Below, in pieces: positions 49,946-62,990 of a stretch of DNA of 64,000 nt. The notes beneath the pieces are model-generated. The model saw only the letters and a program-made list of their open reading frames with translations, searched no databases and was not told the DNA's origin. The DNA comes from Scyliorhinus canicula (lineage: Eukaryota): NCBI RefSeq assembly GCF_902713615.1, contig NW_024055443.1, positions 124,001 to 188,000 on the forward strand, given 5' to 3'. How positions within the stretch are numbered: position 1 is the stretch's first letter; the number at the start of each line of letters is the position of its first letter. Made by a program: the position numbers and the translations under genes.

Positions 49946-50834
49946 TGTGTGTGCCTGGATGTCTATGTGGGCCGGTTAGTCTGGAACACATCATTATTCA
50001 TTGTTTGCAAAATGGCGTTGCCAATAATTGCAATTATTTTTCAGCACAGGACGACATTTTATTGAGATTACCTTCCACATCCTATGCTACCCCTAATATG
50101 TACTTGTAATGTATTGTCTTGAGTGATCTACACAGTAATATCAAGCTGTCCATTCCATTGAAAAGACAAATATATCTTTCAAATTACTTACAGATCGGTT
50201 CAGCTCGCTTTCTCTGTCTCAGGCTGCACATAAATCAGTTGATCCCTCTTCTCTCTCTCAGACTGAACTCACTCACACAGGCACACATCAGCCGAGTCTG
50301 GAACCTAGTGTTTAAATGGCACCTCGTGTTTAAATCTTTTTTACTGAAGGCACTTCTGAAAATAATTAAGCACCAAATCGTCATCAGAGGAAAATTCTGT
50401 GCCAGAAACGCACCAGCTCATTCACTTCACCGCTCTCCCCCCCCCACCCCTCTCTCCCCCCCTCTCTCCCCCCCCTCCCCTCCCCCCCCCCCCATCTCTC
50501 TCGCTCTGACATCAAGTGCCTTCAAACTTTCTACATTAGTATAACCTCTGTTAACAGATTGTTGCTTTAATTTCCCTTCATGTCTCCAGATTATTATTTG
50601 TATTATGACCAGTGAAGATCATCTGTGCATCTCCCGATCGGTTACTGTGTTTTTAAACAAATAATATAACTTTTTAAAGGGAATGGGAATGGAGGTGAAT
50701 GTAATGCTGAGAGCGGCAGCAATCTGTGTGGGTGTTCTTGATGCTGTCAGAGTGAGTTCACCCTCACAGGCAGGAAGACTGTTCACGGTGATAACATGAA
50801 ACTGACGCCTGCTGTTTCATTCTCAGGTAACACA

Positions 50835-50990
50835 ACTTCCTGTTTCTCTGCTGCCGGTTCCAAACCGCACATCTCACTTCTGAACAGAAAATAAATCCAG
50901 GGACCACAATCTGGTGAGAACACCTGTTAATGCGGCTTATCGCTGCCCACAGAGTGAGGGCAGAGTCCCACAGATCACTTTGCGGTGACA
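50835..50990. promoter_or_regulatory. Candidate lymphoid enhancer (ETS + 3 RUNX + E-box)
   Basis: ACTTCCTG 50835-42; AACCGCA 50863-69; ACCACA 50903-08; CACCTG 50921-26; TGCGGT 50981-86; in apparently non-repetitive DNA. Confidence 0.4.
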
Positions 50991-51304
50991 TTTACAAATG
51001 AACCTGTTGTGATCTGTTCAAAGCTTCCATTCCAGGACATAACTGGATGGTCAGTGGATCAGTGACTGAGTTTTCCCAGTTCTCTGAAGCGAGGAAATGA
51101 TATCTTGTTCCATTTCACTATTTTATCATTCTCCCTCTCCCTGTGTAATTTGTCTTTACTGTTTCTCGGTTTTTATCTCTCAACACAGCGTCTCTCTTTC
51201 TCATTTATTCGCTCAATTTCACTCTCTCTCTCTGTGTCTTTCTCCATCTTTATGTGTGTCTATTTTATTAAACTACGAAAAAACTATCAAGGTTTGAATA
51301 TTAA

Positions 51305-51652
51305 GGGCAGCACGGTAGCTTTGTCGATAGCACAATCGCTTCACAGCTCCAGGGTCTCAGGTTCGATTCCCGGCGTGGGTCACTGTCTGTCCGGAGTCTG
51401 CACGTTCTCCCCGTGTGTGCGTGGGTTTCCTCCGGGTGCTCCGGTTTCCTCCCACATCCCAAAGATGTGCAGGTTAGGTGGATTGGCCATGCTAAATTGC
51501 CCTCAGTGTCCAAACGTTGCCCTTAGTGTTGGGTGGGGCTACTGGGTTATGGGGAGAGAGTGGAGGTGTTGACCTTGGGTAGGGTACTCTTTCCAAGAGC
51601 CAGTGCAGACCCGATGGGCCGAATGGCCTCCTTCTGTACTGTAAGTTCTATG
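51305..51652 (+). mobile_element. Full-length HE1-type SINE with CR1 tail
   Basis: GGGCAGCACGGTAGC head, GGTTCGATTCC, V core, GGGCCGAATGGCCTCCTTCTGTACTGTAAGTTCTATG. Confidence 0.93.
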
Positions 51653-52215
51653 AAATAGAGTAATTAGAGAGATACTGTTTCAACTGGCAGGAGGGTCTGT
51701 AACCAGAGGACACAGATTTACTGTATTGAACAGGAGGATTGTTTTTACACAGCCAGTTGTTATAAACGGGAACACACAAGGGGAAATTACGATGGAATCA
51801 GATTTAACAGTAACTTTGGAAAATGATGGATAAATATTTGAAGGTATTAAGATCTGAAGGATGAGAGGGAATGGGACCAGTTGGATGGTTCATCTATAAT
51901 CATTGTCCCAGCACCTTTTCTGTATCTACCTCTGTCCTTCACTGAGGCCGAATAAAATGCAATCATTACACAGCTTTGCTCTTGTGCTAATCCTGTCTTT
52001 AGGCAGAACCTGGGTGTGTGTAGATAATTGCCACGAATATTTCAGAGGTTCGTTGCTGTTTGCAATCCACTACTTTGGACAAAGTAACAGTGAATAGCCC
52101 TTGTTTCGAAAAAGAACAATTACCGTTAACATTTGTGGCACTAATTCTTCCTGTGATGAGGCTTTGTCTTTTAGTCTGTGTCCCAATCTGATGATTAAAC
52201 ATAAATGCACATATG

Positions 52216-52430
52216 CTGGGACAGTGGTTAGCACTGCTGCCTATGCTTCTGGGGACCCGAGTTCGATCCCGGTCCTGGATCACTGCCCGTGTGGAGTTTG
52301 CACCTCTTCCCCGTGAGTGTGTATTTTTCACGCCCACAACCCAAAGTTGTCAAGGGTCGGTGGATTGGCCATGCTAAATTGCCCCTTAATTGAAAATATA
52401 AATAAATGCGTACTCTAAATTTACAAAATA
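52216..52430 (+). mobile_element. V-domain SINE, A-tail type
   Basis: CAGTGGTTAGCACTGCTGCC..GCTAAATTGCCCCTTAATTG..TACTCTAAATTT. Confidence 0.85.
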
Positions 52431-52785
52431 AATATAGGTTTCATAAGCTGCCGGAAAGGGTTCTTGCATGTCTGTGTAAATGGAGAACTGGTGGTAACAA
52501 TAAGAAGAAACAGATGTTTTTGTTCCCCCCGACAGATGCATCATTATAAGGTCTGCCATAATTGTCCTCCCATTGGGTATAAACGATCCTAGGTGGAGTC
52601 AATCACACGCACCACACTCAATGAAGTTTCCAATCCGCTTTTCCCGCACACATCCCTGTCACTCAGCTTGATAATGAAGCCGAGGCTGGGGCCCGGAGCA
52701 TCATTGCTTTCTGATAGTTTCACTTCCTCTTAAAATCAGCTGCTCATCAGGTCCCCTGCCTCCCTTCACCGAAGATTATCACCCT

Positions 52786-53320
52786 TCTCTGTTATTGATA
52801 CGCTGGAGCCGGTCTCTGTGATTATTATTATACCTGACCCCAGTCTGACCCCGGGCCCGGCAGTCTCTGTTATTGATACACTGGAGATAGTCTCTGTGAT
52901 TATTATTATACCTGACCCCAGTCTGACCCCGGGTCCGGCAGTCTCTGTTATTGATACACTGGATCCGGTCTCTGTGATTATTATTATACCAGATCCCAGT
53001 CTGACCCCGGGCCCGGCAGTCTCTGTTATTGATACACTGGAGCCGGTATCTGTGATTATTATTACACCCGACCCCAGTCTGACCCCGGGCCCGGCAGTCT
53101 CTGTTACTGATACAGTGGAGCCGGTCTCTGTGATTATTATTATACCAGACGCCAGTCTGACCCCGGGCCCGGCAGTCTCTGTTATTGATACACTGGAGCC
53201 GCTCTCTGTGATTATTATTATACCTGACCCTAGTCTGACCCCGGGCCCGGCAGTCTCTGTTATTGATACACTGGAGCTGATCTCTCTGATTATTATTATA
53301 CCAGACCACAGTCCGACGCC
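52786..53320. repeat. 78-bp minisatellite, about 7 copies
   Basis: TCTCTGTTA(T/C)TGATA starts at 52786, 52864, 52942, 53020, 53098, 53176 and 53254. Confidence 0.95.
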
Positions 53321-54004
53321 CGACTCCTCGTCCTTCTTGCATCTACCCTGCCTAATCTTCTTCGAATTTTATGTTTCTTCATGAGACCCCCCCCCCCCCC
53401 CCCCACCGCACACACACACACACACGCACTCATATCTGAACTCCAACGAATATAATCCAAACCAATCCCTGCTCCTATATTCGAATCCTCTCGCTGTGAC
53501 GGCCACCTTACCATTTGTCTTTTTACCGCCTGCTGAGTCTGAATGCTTACCTTCAGTGACAGGTGTACAAGGACACCCAGGTCTCGTTGCACATTCCCCA
53601 GACCTGATTTATATCATTCAGGTAATAGTCTACATTCTGGTTTTGCTACCAAACTGGATAACCTCGCAGTTCTCCAGGGTATTCATAACTGACCTTGTGT
53701 TTTGTGATATAAACAGCGACATGCGATTCGCAGTAAGAACAAAGGCAAGATCTATTGCAATATTAACAGATATAATGTCCACCGCAATACAAATTCAGAC
53801 AGGGTATAGTCTAATGTAAAGCAAGATAGGGGCCAGTGTAATATAAACTAAGATAGACACTCCCAGAATATAAGCAGCGACATGATAAGTGAAATATAAA
53901 CGGAGACACAATCCAGTGGAATAAACATTAGGCTGCGCCGGTACAGTAATAACTGCGACAAGTTCCTGTATTATATACAACTAATGAACCAGAACAGCAA
54001 ACTG

Positions 54005-56241
54005 AGAGATCTGCGGTGCGGGAACCAAAGAGAAAAGAGTCGAATTGGATCCCTCCGGAAGGCCACTGCCCTGGACTAGACATGTATGCTCAAGCCGTCA
54101 GGAGTTGTGTCAATGCCAGATTCATCAGTCACATTCACAAGGCAGCCCCGAGCGTCACCCAAGCACAGCGCAACGCCATTAGCGCTCTCAACATCAACCA
54201 CAACATTGTCATCAAACCAGCAGACAAACAAGCAGACCAAACCACCGTCATACTGAACAGAACGGACGACTGCAAAGATGTGTACCAACAACTCAACAAC
54301 AAGGAACACGACAGTTACCCGCAGATACGACCAGGGTCCACACCCAACAACTCAACAGACTGATCAAGACCTTGGATCCTGACCTTCAGAGTACCCTACA
54401 TGCTCTCATCGCACGTACGCCCCACGTTGGAGGTCTCTCCTGCCTCCCGAAAATACAAAAGGCCAACACACCAGACCGTCCTATCGTTTGAGGCAATGTG
54501 TGAGAACCTCTCTGGCTGCATCGAGGGCATCCTGAAACCCATCGTCCAAGGACGCCCAGCTTCAGACGTGACACGACAGACTTCCTACAGATACTCAGCA
54601 TCAATGGATCAGTTAAACCAGGAACATTCCTCGTCACAATGGATGTCTCGGCACTCTACACCAGCATCCCACATGACGATGGCATTGCTGCAACAGCCTC
54701 AGTTATCAACACCGACAACTGTGAATCTCCAGACGCAATTCTGCAACTCATCCGCTTCATTCTGGATCAAAACGACAACAAGTTCTTCATCCAGACACAC
54801 AGAACGGCCAGGGGGACCACATTCGCACCTCAATATGCCAACATCTTCATGCACAAGTTTGAACAAGACCTCCTCACCGCACAGGACATTCAACCGACGT
54901 TAAACACCACCTACATCGACGACATTTTTTTCCTTTGAACCCAAGTCGAAGAATCACTGAAACAACTACAGCGATTACATCAATAAGTTCCATCCCACCA
55001 TCAGACTCACCAAGGACTACTCTCCAGAATCGGTTGCATTCTTGGACACACTCATCTCCATCAAGGATGGTTACCTCAGCACTTCGTTTTACCGCAAGCC
55101 CACGGATAGCCTCACGATGCTCCACTTCTCCAGCTTCCACCCTAAACACATTAAAGAAGCCATCTCCTATGGAGAAGCCCTCCATATAAGCAGGACCTGC
55201 TCAGATGAAGAGGAGCGTAACAAACATCTACAGACGCTGAAAGATGCCCTCGTCTGAACGGGATATGGCGCTCGACTCATCGATCGATAGTTCCAACGCG
55301 CCACAGCAAAAAAATGCACTGAACTCCCCAGATGACAAACACGGGACACATCCGACAGAGTACCCTTCGTTGTCTAGTTCTTGAAGACGAAATTCTTGTC
55401 AAAGTCATTCCGACACCCCCACTACTTGCCTTTAAAGAACCACACAACCTCAAACAAACCATTGTATGCAGCAAATTACCCAGCCTTCAGATCAGCAACC
55501 ACGACACCACACAACATTGCCATGGCAATTTCTGCAAGACATGCCAGGTCATCGACATGGATACCACCATTACACGTGAGAACACCACCCACCAGGTATG
55601 TGGTACATACTCGTGTGACACAGCCAACGTTGTCTACCTCATACGTTGCAGGTAAGGATGTCCAGAAGTGCGGTACATTGGCGAGACCATACAGACGCTG
55701 CAACAATGGATGAACAGATAGAGCGCGACAATCGCCATGCAGGAATGTTCCCTTCCTGTCGGGGAACACTTCAGTAGTCAAGGAATTCAGCCTCTGATCT
55801 TCAGGTAAGCATTCTCCAAGGCAACTTTCAGGGCGCTCAACAACGCAGAATCGCCGACCAGAAAGTTATAGCCAAGTTCCACACACATGAGTATGGCCTC
55901 AACCAGGACCTTCAATTCATGGCGCATTACTTTCGCCCACCACCATCTGGCCTGGGTTTGCGAAACCCTACCAATTCTCCTGGCTTGAGACAATTCTCAC
56001 CTCTTTACCCCTCTCTCTGGATCTGTAGAGAATAAATTACCTGCAAATTCTCGCATTTAAAGCATTTTCTGGCATCTTTGACTTTGTCTACATATTGTTT
56101 CTGGATCCTACCTCTTCATTGACCCGAGGAAGGAGCAGTGCTCTGTAAGCGAGTGATTTGAAAAGACCTGTTGGACTTTAACCTGGTGTTGGCAGGTTTC
56201 TTACTGTGCTCATTCCAGTCCAACGCTGGCATCTCCACATC
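54005..56241 (+). mobile_element. Decayed Penelope-like retroelement (RT plus GIY-YIG endonuclease) with 3' terminal repeat
   Basis: MDVSALYTSIPHDDG..FAPQYANIFMHKFE..YIDDIFFL (RT); NVVYLIRC..YIGET..PVGEHF (GIY-YIG); many frameshifts; degenerate HHR CCGAGGA at about 56123. Confidence 0.92.
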
Positions 56242-57024
56242 TGTATTATATGAACAGAGGCATGGTCCAGTGCAGTAATAACGAAGAAACCATTTGGGAT
56301 AAGAGTCTAGTGTAACTTTATCTAAGCCCAGACTTTGTGTGTTTAAACTGAGACAGAGTCTGGTCCAGTAATTTGCAGACCAAGTCTAGAATAATAGAAG
56401 TTATGACACGGACAAATGCAGCAACAAGGGAAACAGAACATAGTGCAACAGCAGAGACAGAGAATTGCATGATATAAACAGAGGCAGGACTGGTGCAGCA
56501 TTGATTGAGATAATGTCTACTGTATATGTGTATCACGTTCTCGCAAAGAAATAAGAGAGAGAGACAGAGTCTCGTATGACTGAAACAGTAACATGTTGTT
56601 ATTTGGTATCTGTAGCGACTGGATCTAGTGATGTAAGAATTGAGACATGGAATTTTATTACATTAGCTCGGACTGGCAGCATGGTTCGTTCGCTCTTGGA
56701 GGGCAGAAGGGGCTGTTTCTCTGCTTTAATATTCTTTGTTCTTTGTAAAATTCAGTGTAGTTGTAACTGCCGGTCTGTGGTGTAAATGGGTCTTAGTTCA
56801 GAACAATAACTGGGATTTTGTCGACTATAGAAGCAACTGAGACCCGCTATCAAATTATCAGAAACATGTCTGTCTGTAATGTAAACAGAGACAGGATCTA
56901 TGAGTAAAAGCAAAGGCTATTCCGTAATATTTGAGACAATCTCTCCTTCAGGTCATTCCAGCAATAACGGTCTCACTGCCACCTGCTGGGCAAGCCTAGC
57001 TATCGCATATGCTGTTAAAATACT

Positions 57025-57720
57025 GGGCGAAATTCTCCGCCCCCCACGACGGGTGGGAGAATAGCGGGAGGGCCTTCCCGACATTTACGCCGCCCTCCCG
57101 CTATTCCCCCCCCCCCCCCCCCCCCCGCCGAAGTCCCGACCCGAATTGCTGCCGCCGTTTTTTTACGGCCGGCAGCGATTCTCAGCTGTTAGATGGGCCG
57201 AAGTCCCAGCCCTTTACGCCGTTTTTACGAACGGCAAACACACCTGGTCTTGCCGTTCGTAAAAACGGCGTGACTAACTCGCTATTAATAACCATGGCAC
57301 CGATTGGCACGGCCGTACCACGGCCGTGCCAAGGGTGCCATGGGCCCGATGCCCGCGCACTACTTGTCCTTCCGCCGCCCCGCAGTATCCATTCGCGGGG
57401 CGGCTGAGGCGCAACCCGGCCCGCGCATGCGCGGGATTCGCGCAAAAACGCGATGACGTCACCCGCGCATGCGCGGGTTGGAGTCTTCCAAACTGCGCAT
57501 GCGCGGCTGACGTCATATGACGCGTTAGCCGGCGCTAACTCCGGCAAGCGGGCTTAACGATTTTCGTTAAGCCCGTCTTGCCGGAGCCGACGGCGTCAGG
57601 CTGCTAGCCCCGACCGGGGACCAGAATCGGTCCCCGGTCGGGAAGGGGCGCGCTGCCGTAAAACCCGCCCGGGTTTTACGCCAGCTTTACGATTTCTCCC
57701 GTTTTGGGAGAATCGCGCCC
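57025..57720. mobile_element. GC-rich non-autonomous DNA transposon (PIF/Harbinger-type MITE)
   Basis: TIRs GGGCGAAATTCTCC / GGAGAATCGCGCCC; 3-bp TSD ACT on both sides; internal 22-bp perfect inverted repeat 57216-57237 / 57250-57271. Confidence 0.75.
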
Positions 57721-58119
57721 ACTGTTTCTTAATCTTTCATGGGATATGTGCCTCGCTGGAAAGGCCGGCATCCGTTGCCAACCTGTAATCCCATTAATGT
57801 ATTTGGTTCCCGGCCATTCCAGAGGGCAGTTAAGAGTCAACCAGGCTGCTGTGGGCCTGGGGTCATAGAGAGCCCAGACTGGGTCAGGATGGAAGGTTCC
57901 CTTCCGTGCAGGCCATCAGCGAATCAGCTGTGTTTTTCTGACAATATTTTCATGGCCACCATCAGTGAAACTAAATTTAAATTCACAATTTGAAGCGCAT
58001 TTTTAAGTTACACGGTCTGATGTAGTGGGATTGGAACACATGTCCTCAGAGAGTTAGCCTGGGCGTCTCAATCAATAGACCAGTGGTATTGTCATTGCGT
58101 CACTGTCTACCCTTTATGC

Positions 58120-58760
58120 ATCGGCAGAGAATACTTACAGTCCAGAAGAAGGCCATTCGGCCTGAGTGCATTTGCTCGGCCCTGTAAAGGATCAATTTAC
58201 CCAAAACCACTCTTTCCCCCAGAGTCTAGCGTTTCTTTTTCTTTTCAGATAATAATCAAATTTCTTTTTGAAAGTATCCATCGAGCCCGCGTCTACCCAC
58301 AAACCCAAGTAGTCCATTCCAGATCATAGCCACTCCCAGGGTAAAAGTTGCTCATTATATCTCAATGCTCCTTTCCTGATTACATTAAATATTTCCCCCT
58401 CGTTCTTCATCCTTCTCCAATGGGGACAGTTCCTCCTCATCTATCCTCTCCAGACTCCTCGAAGTTTTGAATAACTCCATCAGATCGCATCTCAACCGTC
58501 TCCATGCGGAAAGCAGTCCCAATGTCTCCAATCTATCTTCGAAACTGAATTTTCTCATCACTGGAACCAATCTCGTGAATATTTTCTGCTTCCACCTGAA
58601 ATTGTTTCACATCTTTTCTCAATTGTGGTGCCCAGAATAGGAAATTTGTCCTCTGCACCAAGGTCTAGTTCATTAATATGTAACAGGAAGAGCTGCATCG
58701 TATTTCCGATACCTGTGAACTTCACGATAAACCTTCTTTCTGTCCACAAGACAGCCCTTC
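58120..58760 (-). mobile_element. CR1 LINE 3' fragment
   Basis: MRKFSFEDRLETLGLLS..RRLRCDLMELFK. Confidence 0.8.
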
Positions 58761-59206
58761 AAAACTTCGAGCTGTTTCCTGGCTCTTAGCCAATTTCGTA
58801 TCTATATTTCTGCTGTCCACTTTATTCTATGAGCGTCACATTTTCTCACAAGGCTGTGGGACAGCACCTTTATGAAATGGCGTTTGGAGATCCATCAATA
58901 GCAATTCCCCATCAATCAACTCTGCTGCTCATCATAACAGTCAAGGACTTTAACGGAACACGATTTACCCTTGCTGGTAGAATTTACCAAGAAACCACTT
59001 ACACTGATGTGACAGCTCATCACCTTTTTGTCGGTGGTCCCAAAAGTTAATCTGCAATTTATTTCAGATTAAACTGGTTTCAGGTCAACTGGAGGTTAAA
59101 GTGTCTTAGTTGCTGTTAATTTATTTCTTGCTGATCTAATTTGACGAGAGGAACGTGGAATATGGGCAGCACACGTTGAAATGTGTTAATTTGTGCAAGT
59201 GATGTT

Positions 59207-59560
59207 ACATAGAACATAGAACATAGAACAGTACAGCACAGAACAGGCCCTTCGGCCCTCAATGTTGTGCCGAGCCATGATCACCCTACTCAACCCACGT
59301 ATCCACCCTATACCCGTAACCCAACAACCCCCCCTTAACCTTACTTTTATTAGAACACTACAGGCAATTTAGCATGGCCAATCCACCTAACCCGCACATC
59401 TTTGGACTGTGGGAGGAAACCGGAGCACCCGGAGGAAACCCACGCACACAGGGGGAGGACGTGCAGACTCCACACAGACAGTGACCCAGCCGGGAATCGA
59501 ACCTGGGACCCTGGAGCTGTGAAGCATTTATGCTAACAACCATGCTACCCTGCTGCCCCT
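59207..59560 (-). mobile_element. HE1-type SINE with CR1 tail and (TTCTATG)n end
   Basis: (ACATAGA)3 on plus; GGGCAGCAGGGTAGCATGG head; well-preserved V core. Confidence 0.93.
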
Positions 59561-60267
59561 TAGCACCGAAACCTGGCGTGAAGTTTCAGCTTAATATAAC
59601 GATTTACTATTTCCTTACTTGAAAACGAATAATTGAAGAATTTCTCAGCATAATATAAAAGCTTCAATACTCCGTGGGAATAATAGTGGGACAACTGGGC
59701 AGGATATAATCCACTTTCAAATGTGATAGGGGCAAGGAGGCACAGAAAACCCGGTGAAAGTCAACGAGGAAGTTAAGGGCGCTAAAATGCTAAAATTAAG
59801 TTTTTTTTTATTAAGTTTTATTTATTTATAAAAATAATGACACGTTGCCAAACACTTTGGTCTAGCACTCATCAGGACAAACCCAGGAATAGCACATTTA
59901 AACTATCACAGCAATCTAAGCTGCAGGATGAGGACAATGCACACAGCAGTTCACAGGGAAGCGAATCTGCAGCACATTCACGGTGAAAATGCGGATGCCA
60001 TTGGGCGTATCCAAAATGACAGGAAAACTAATGTGAAGCTTATTCTTTCCATCGGAATGTGCACGACGTGAGAACACGGGGGCCATGATTTGAGCCTGAC
60101 GATAAGATGGGACAGAAAAATTCTCATTGGAATTTGAATGGATACAACTTAGGCTCGTCGATATTGGACATCGGTTGGCCATTGCATACATAATATACCT
60201 CTTTACTCTATATGTAATATATAAGAGAGAGAGAGAGAGAAAGCTTGCTCTTTCGTTCAAGATCACA

Positions 60268-61710
60268 ACTGATCTGGAATAGTGCCAGAGGACTGGAGGA
60301 TAGCAACTGTTGTCCCCTTGTACAAGAAGGGGAGTAGAGATAACCCCGGTAACTATAGACCAGTGAGCCTTACTTCTGTTGTGGGAAACGTCTTGGAAAG
60401 GTTTATAAGAGATAGGATGTATAATCATCTGGAAAGGAATAATTTGATTAGAGATAGTCAACATGGTTTTGTGAAGGGTAGGTCGTGCCTCACAAACCTC
60501 ATTGAGTTCTTCGAGAAGGTGACCAAACAGGTGGATGAGGGTAAAGCAGTTGATGTGGTGTATATGGATTTCAGTAAAGCGTTTGATAAGCTTCCCGACG
60601 GTAGGCTATTGCAGAAAATACAGAGGCATGGGATTCAGGGTGATTTAGCAGTTTGGATCAGAAATTGGCTAGCTGATAGAAGACAAAGAGTGGTGGTTGA
60701 TGGGAAATGCTCTGACTGGTGTCCAGTTACTAGTGCTGTACCACAAGGATCTGTTTTGGGGCCGTTGCTGTTTGTCATTTTTATAAATGACCTGAAGGAT
60801 GGGTGAGTAAATTTGCAGATGACACTAAATTCGGTGGAGTTGTGGACAGTGCAGAAGGATGTTACAAGTTACAGAGGGACATAGATAAGCTGCAGAGCTG
60901 GGCTGACAGGTGGCAAATGGAGTTTAATGCAGAAAAGTGTGATGTGATTCATTTTGGAAGGAATAACAAGAAGGCAGAGTACTGGGCTAATAGTAAGATT
61001 CTTGGTAGTGTGGACGAGCAGAGAGATCTCGGTGTCCATGTCCATAGATCCCTGAACGTTGTCACCCAGGTTGAGAGGGTTGTTAAGAAGGCGTATGGTG
61101 TGTTAGCTTTTATTGGTAGAGGACTTGAGTTTCGGAGCCATGAGGTCATGTTGCAGTTGTACAAAACTCTGGTGCAGCCGCATTTGGAATATTGTGTGCA
61201 GTTCTGGTCGCCACATTATAGGAAGGATGTGGAAGCATTGGAAAGGGTACAGAGGAGATTTACAAGAATGTTGCCTGGTATGGAGGGAAGATCATATGAG
61301 GAAAGGCTGAAGGACTTGAGGCTGTTTTCGTTAGAGAGAAGAAGGCTAAGAGGGGACTTAATTGAGGCATACAAGATGATCAGAGGATTAGATAGGGTGG
61401 ACATCGAGAGCCTTTTTCCTCGGATGGTGATGTCTAGCACGAGGGGACATAGCTTTAAATTGAGGGGAGATAGATATAGGACAGATGTCAGAGGTAGGTT
61501 CTTTACTCAGAGAGTAGTAAGGGCGTGGAATGCCCTGCCTGCAACAGTAGTGGACTCGCCAACACTGAGGGCATTCAAATGGTCATTGGATAGGCATATG
61601 GACGATAAGGGAATAGTGTAGAGGGACTTTAGAGGGGTTTCACAGGACGGTGCAACATCGTGGGCCGAAGGGCCTGTACTGCACTGTAATGTTCTATGTT
61701 CGATGTTCTA
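60268..61710 (+). mobile_element. Young 5'-truncated CR1 (HER1-like) LINE: RT domain and 3' UTR, frameshifted near 60800
   Basis: ORFs 60282-60806 and 60803-61621: [43 protein letters not shown]; tail GGGCCGAAGGGCCTGTACTGCACTGTAATGTTCTATG. Confidence 0.97.
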
Positions 61711-61714
61711 ACCT

Positions 61715-62200
61715 CAATCAGCGTCCCGCCAATCCCTGATAACCTATCACCGCCTTGCTTGCCAAGAATCTATCAAGCTCTGCCTTAAAAAGACCAAAGA
61801 CTGTTTCCGTCACCTTTTCATAACGAACGCTCCAAAGAACATTAGAGAGAAACAAAGTTGCCTCATCTCCGTTTTCTGTGGGCGCTCTTTATTTTTAAAC
61901 AATACCTTTAGTTCTAGATTCTCCCACAAGAGGGAATATCCTCTCCGCACCCATCCTGTCAGGATAATATGTGTCAATCAAGTCGCCCCTCATTCTTCGA
62001 AACTTGGAGACAAGCCTAAACTGTCTAACCTTTCCTCATAAAACGACAGTGCCTGTCCAGGTATTCGTCTGGTAAACCTTCACCGAACTGCTCCCAAAGC
62101 ACTTACATCCTTCCTGAAATAAGATGACCAATATTGTACACATTACACCAGATGTGGCCCCATTCCTGCCTTGTAAAACTGAAGCAGCGAGTTGCTACGT
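61715..62200 (-). mobile_element. Older CR1 LINE 3' fragment
   Basis: Decayed reverse-complement CR1 C-terminus. Confidence 0.7.
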
Positions 62201-62249
62201 TTGCATTTAATTCCCCTCACAATAAATTATAACATTCCATTATATATAT

Positions 62250-62456
62250 TAATTTAGATTATCCAATTATTTTTTTCCAATTAAGGGAAAACTTAGCGCG
62301 GCCAATCCACTTACCCTGCACATCTTTGGGTTGTGGGGGTGAAACCCACGCAGAGACGGGGAGGATGTGCAAACTTCACACGGACAGTGTCCAAGGCCGG
62401 GATCGAACGCGGGTCCTCAGCGCCGTGAGGCAGCAGTGCTAACCAGAGTGCCACCC
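62250..62456 (-). mobile_element. V-domain SINE, A-tail type
   Basis: Same family as 753-981. Confidence 0.88.
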
Positions 62457-62609
62457 TCAAATTCTAACATTCTAGTAGATATCCTGAATAATGATCTCGC
62501 TGTTGTTCTCAATAACACAACCAGAAACCAGTTATTGATTTGAAAACCAACCAACGCCCGAAAGCTTCGCTCGCTTCCCTCAGTAGTTTCTCATGGATTC
62601 CCAGTATGT

Positions 62610-62990
62610 CTGACAGATGCCCATTGGCCTCCCTCCCATCACCATCCAAGGACACAAAGGCTTATTGAAGGTGCCACAGCGATTTGATTTCACTTCTTTC
62701 AATTTAGTCTACTGCATTCGGTGCTCACAATGCAGTCTTCTCTGCACTGGGGAGGCCCAAGGCAGCCTGGGGCGTCATTTTGTTGAACGCCTTTTCAAAG
62801 CCTGTAAGCATGACCTCCACGAACATATCAATTGTCATTGCGATTCATAATTTTGGCTCCTGTTCACATTTCTGTCGTGGATCTGCTGCAATATTCCAGT
62901 GAACCCCAGCATAAACTGAGAGAACAACATCTCGGCTTCGGATTCGGCACTTTACAGTTTTCTGGACTCAACTTTGAGTTCAACAACATG
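62610..62990 (+). mobile_element. Second Penelope-like family, GIY-YIG C-terminal relic
   Basis: QRFDFTSFNLVYCIRCSQCSLLCTGE..LGRHFVERL..REQHLGFGFGTLQFSGLN. Confidence 0.75.
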
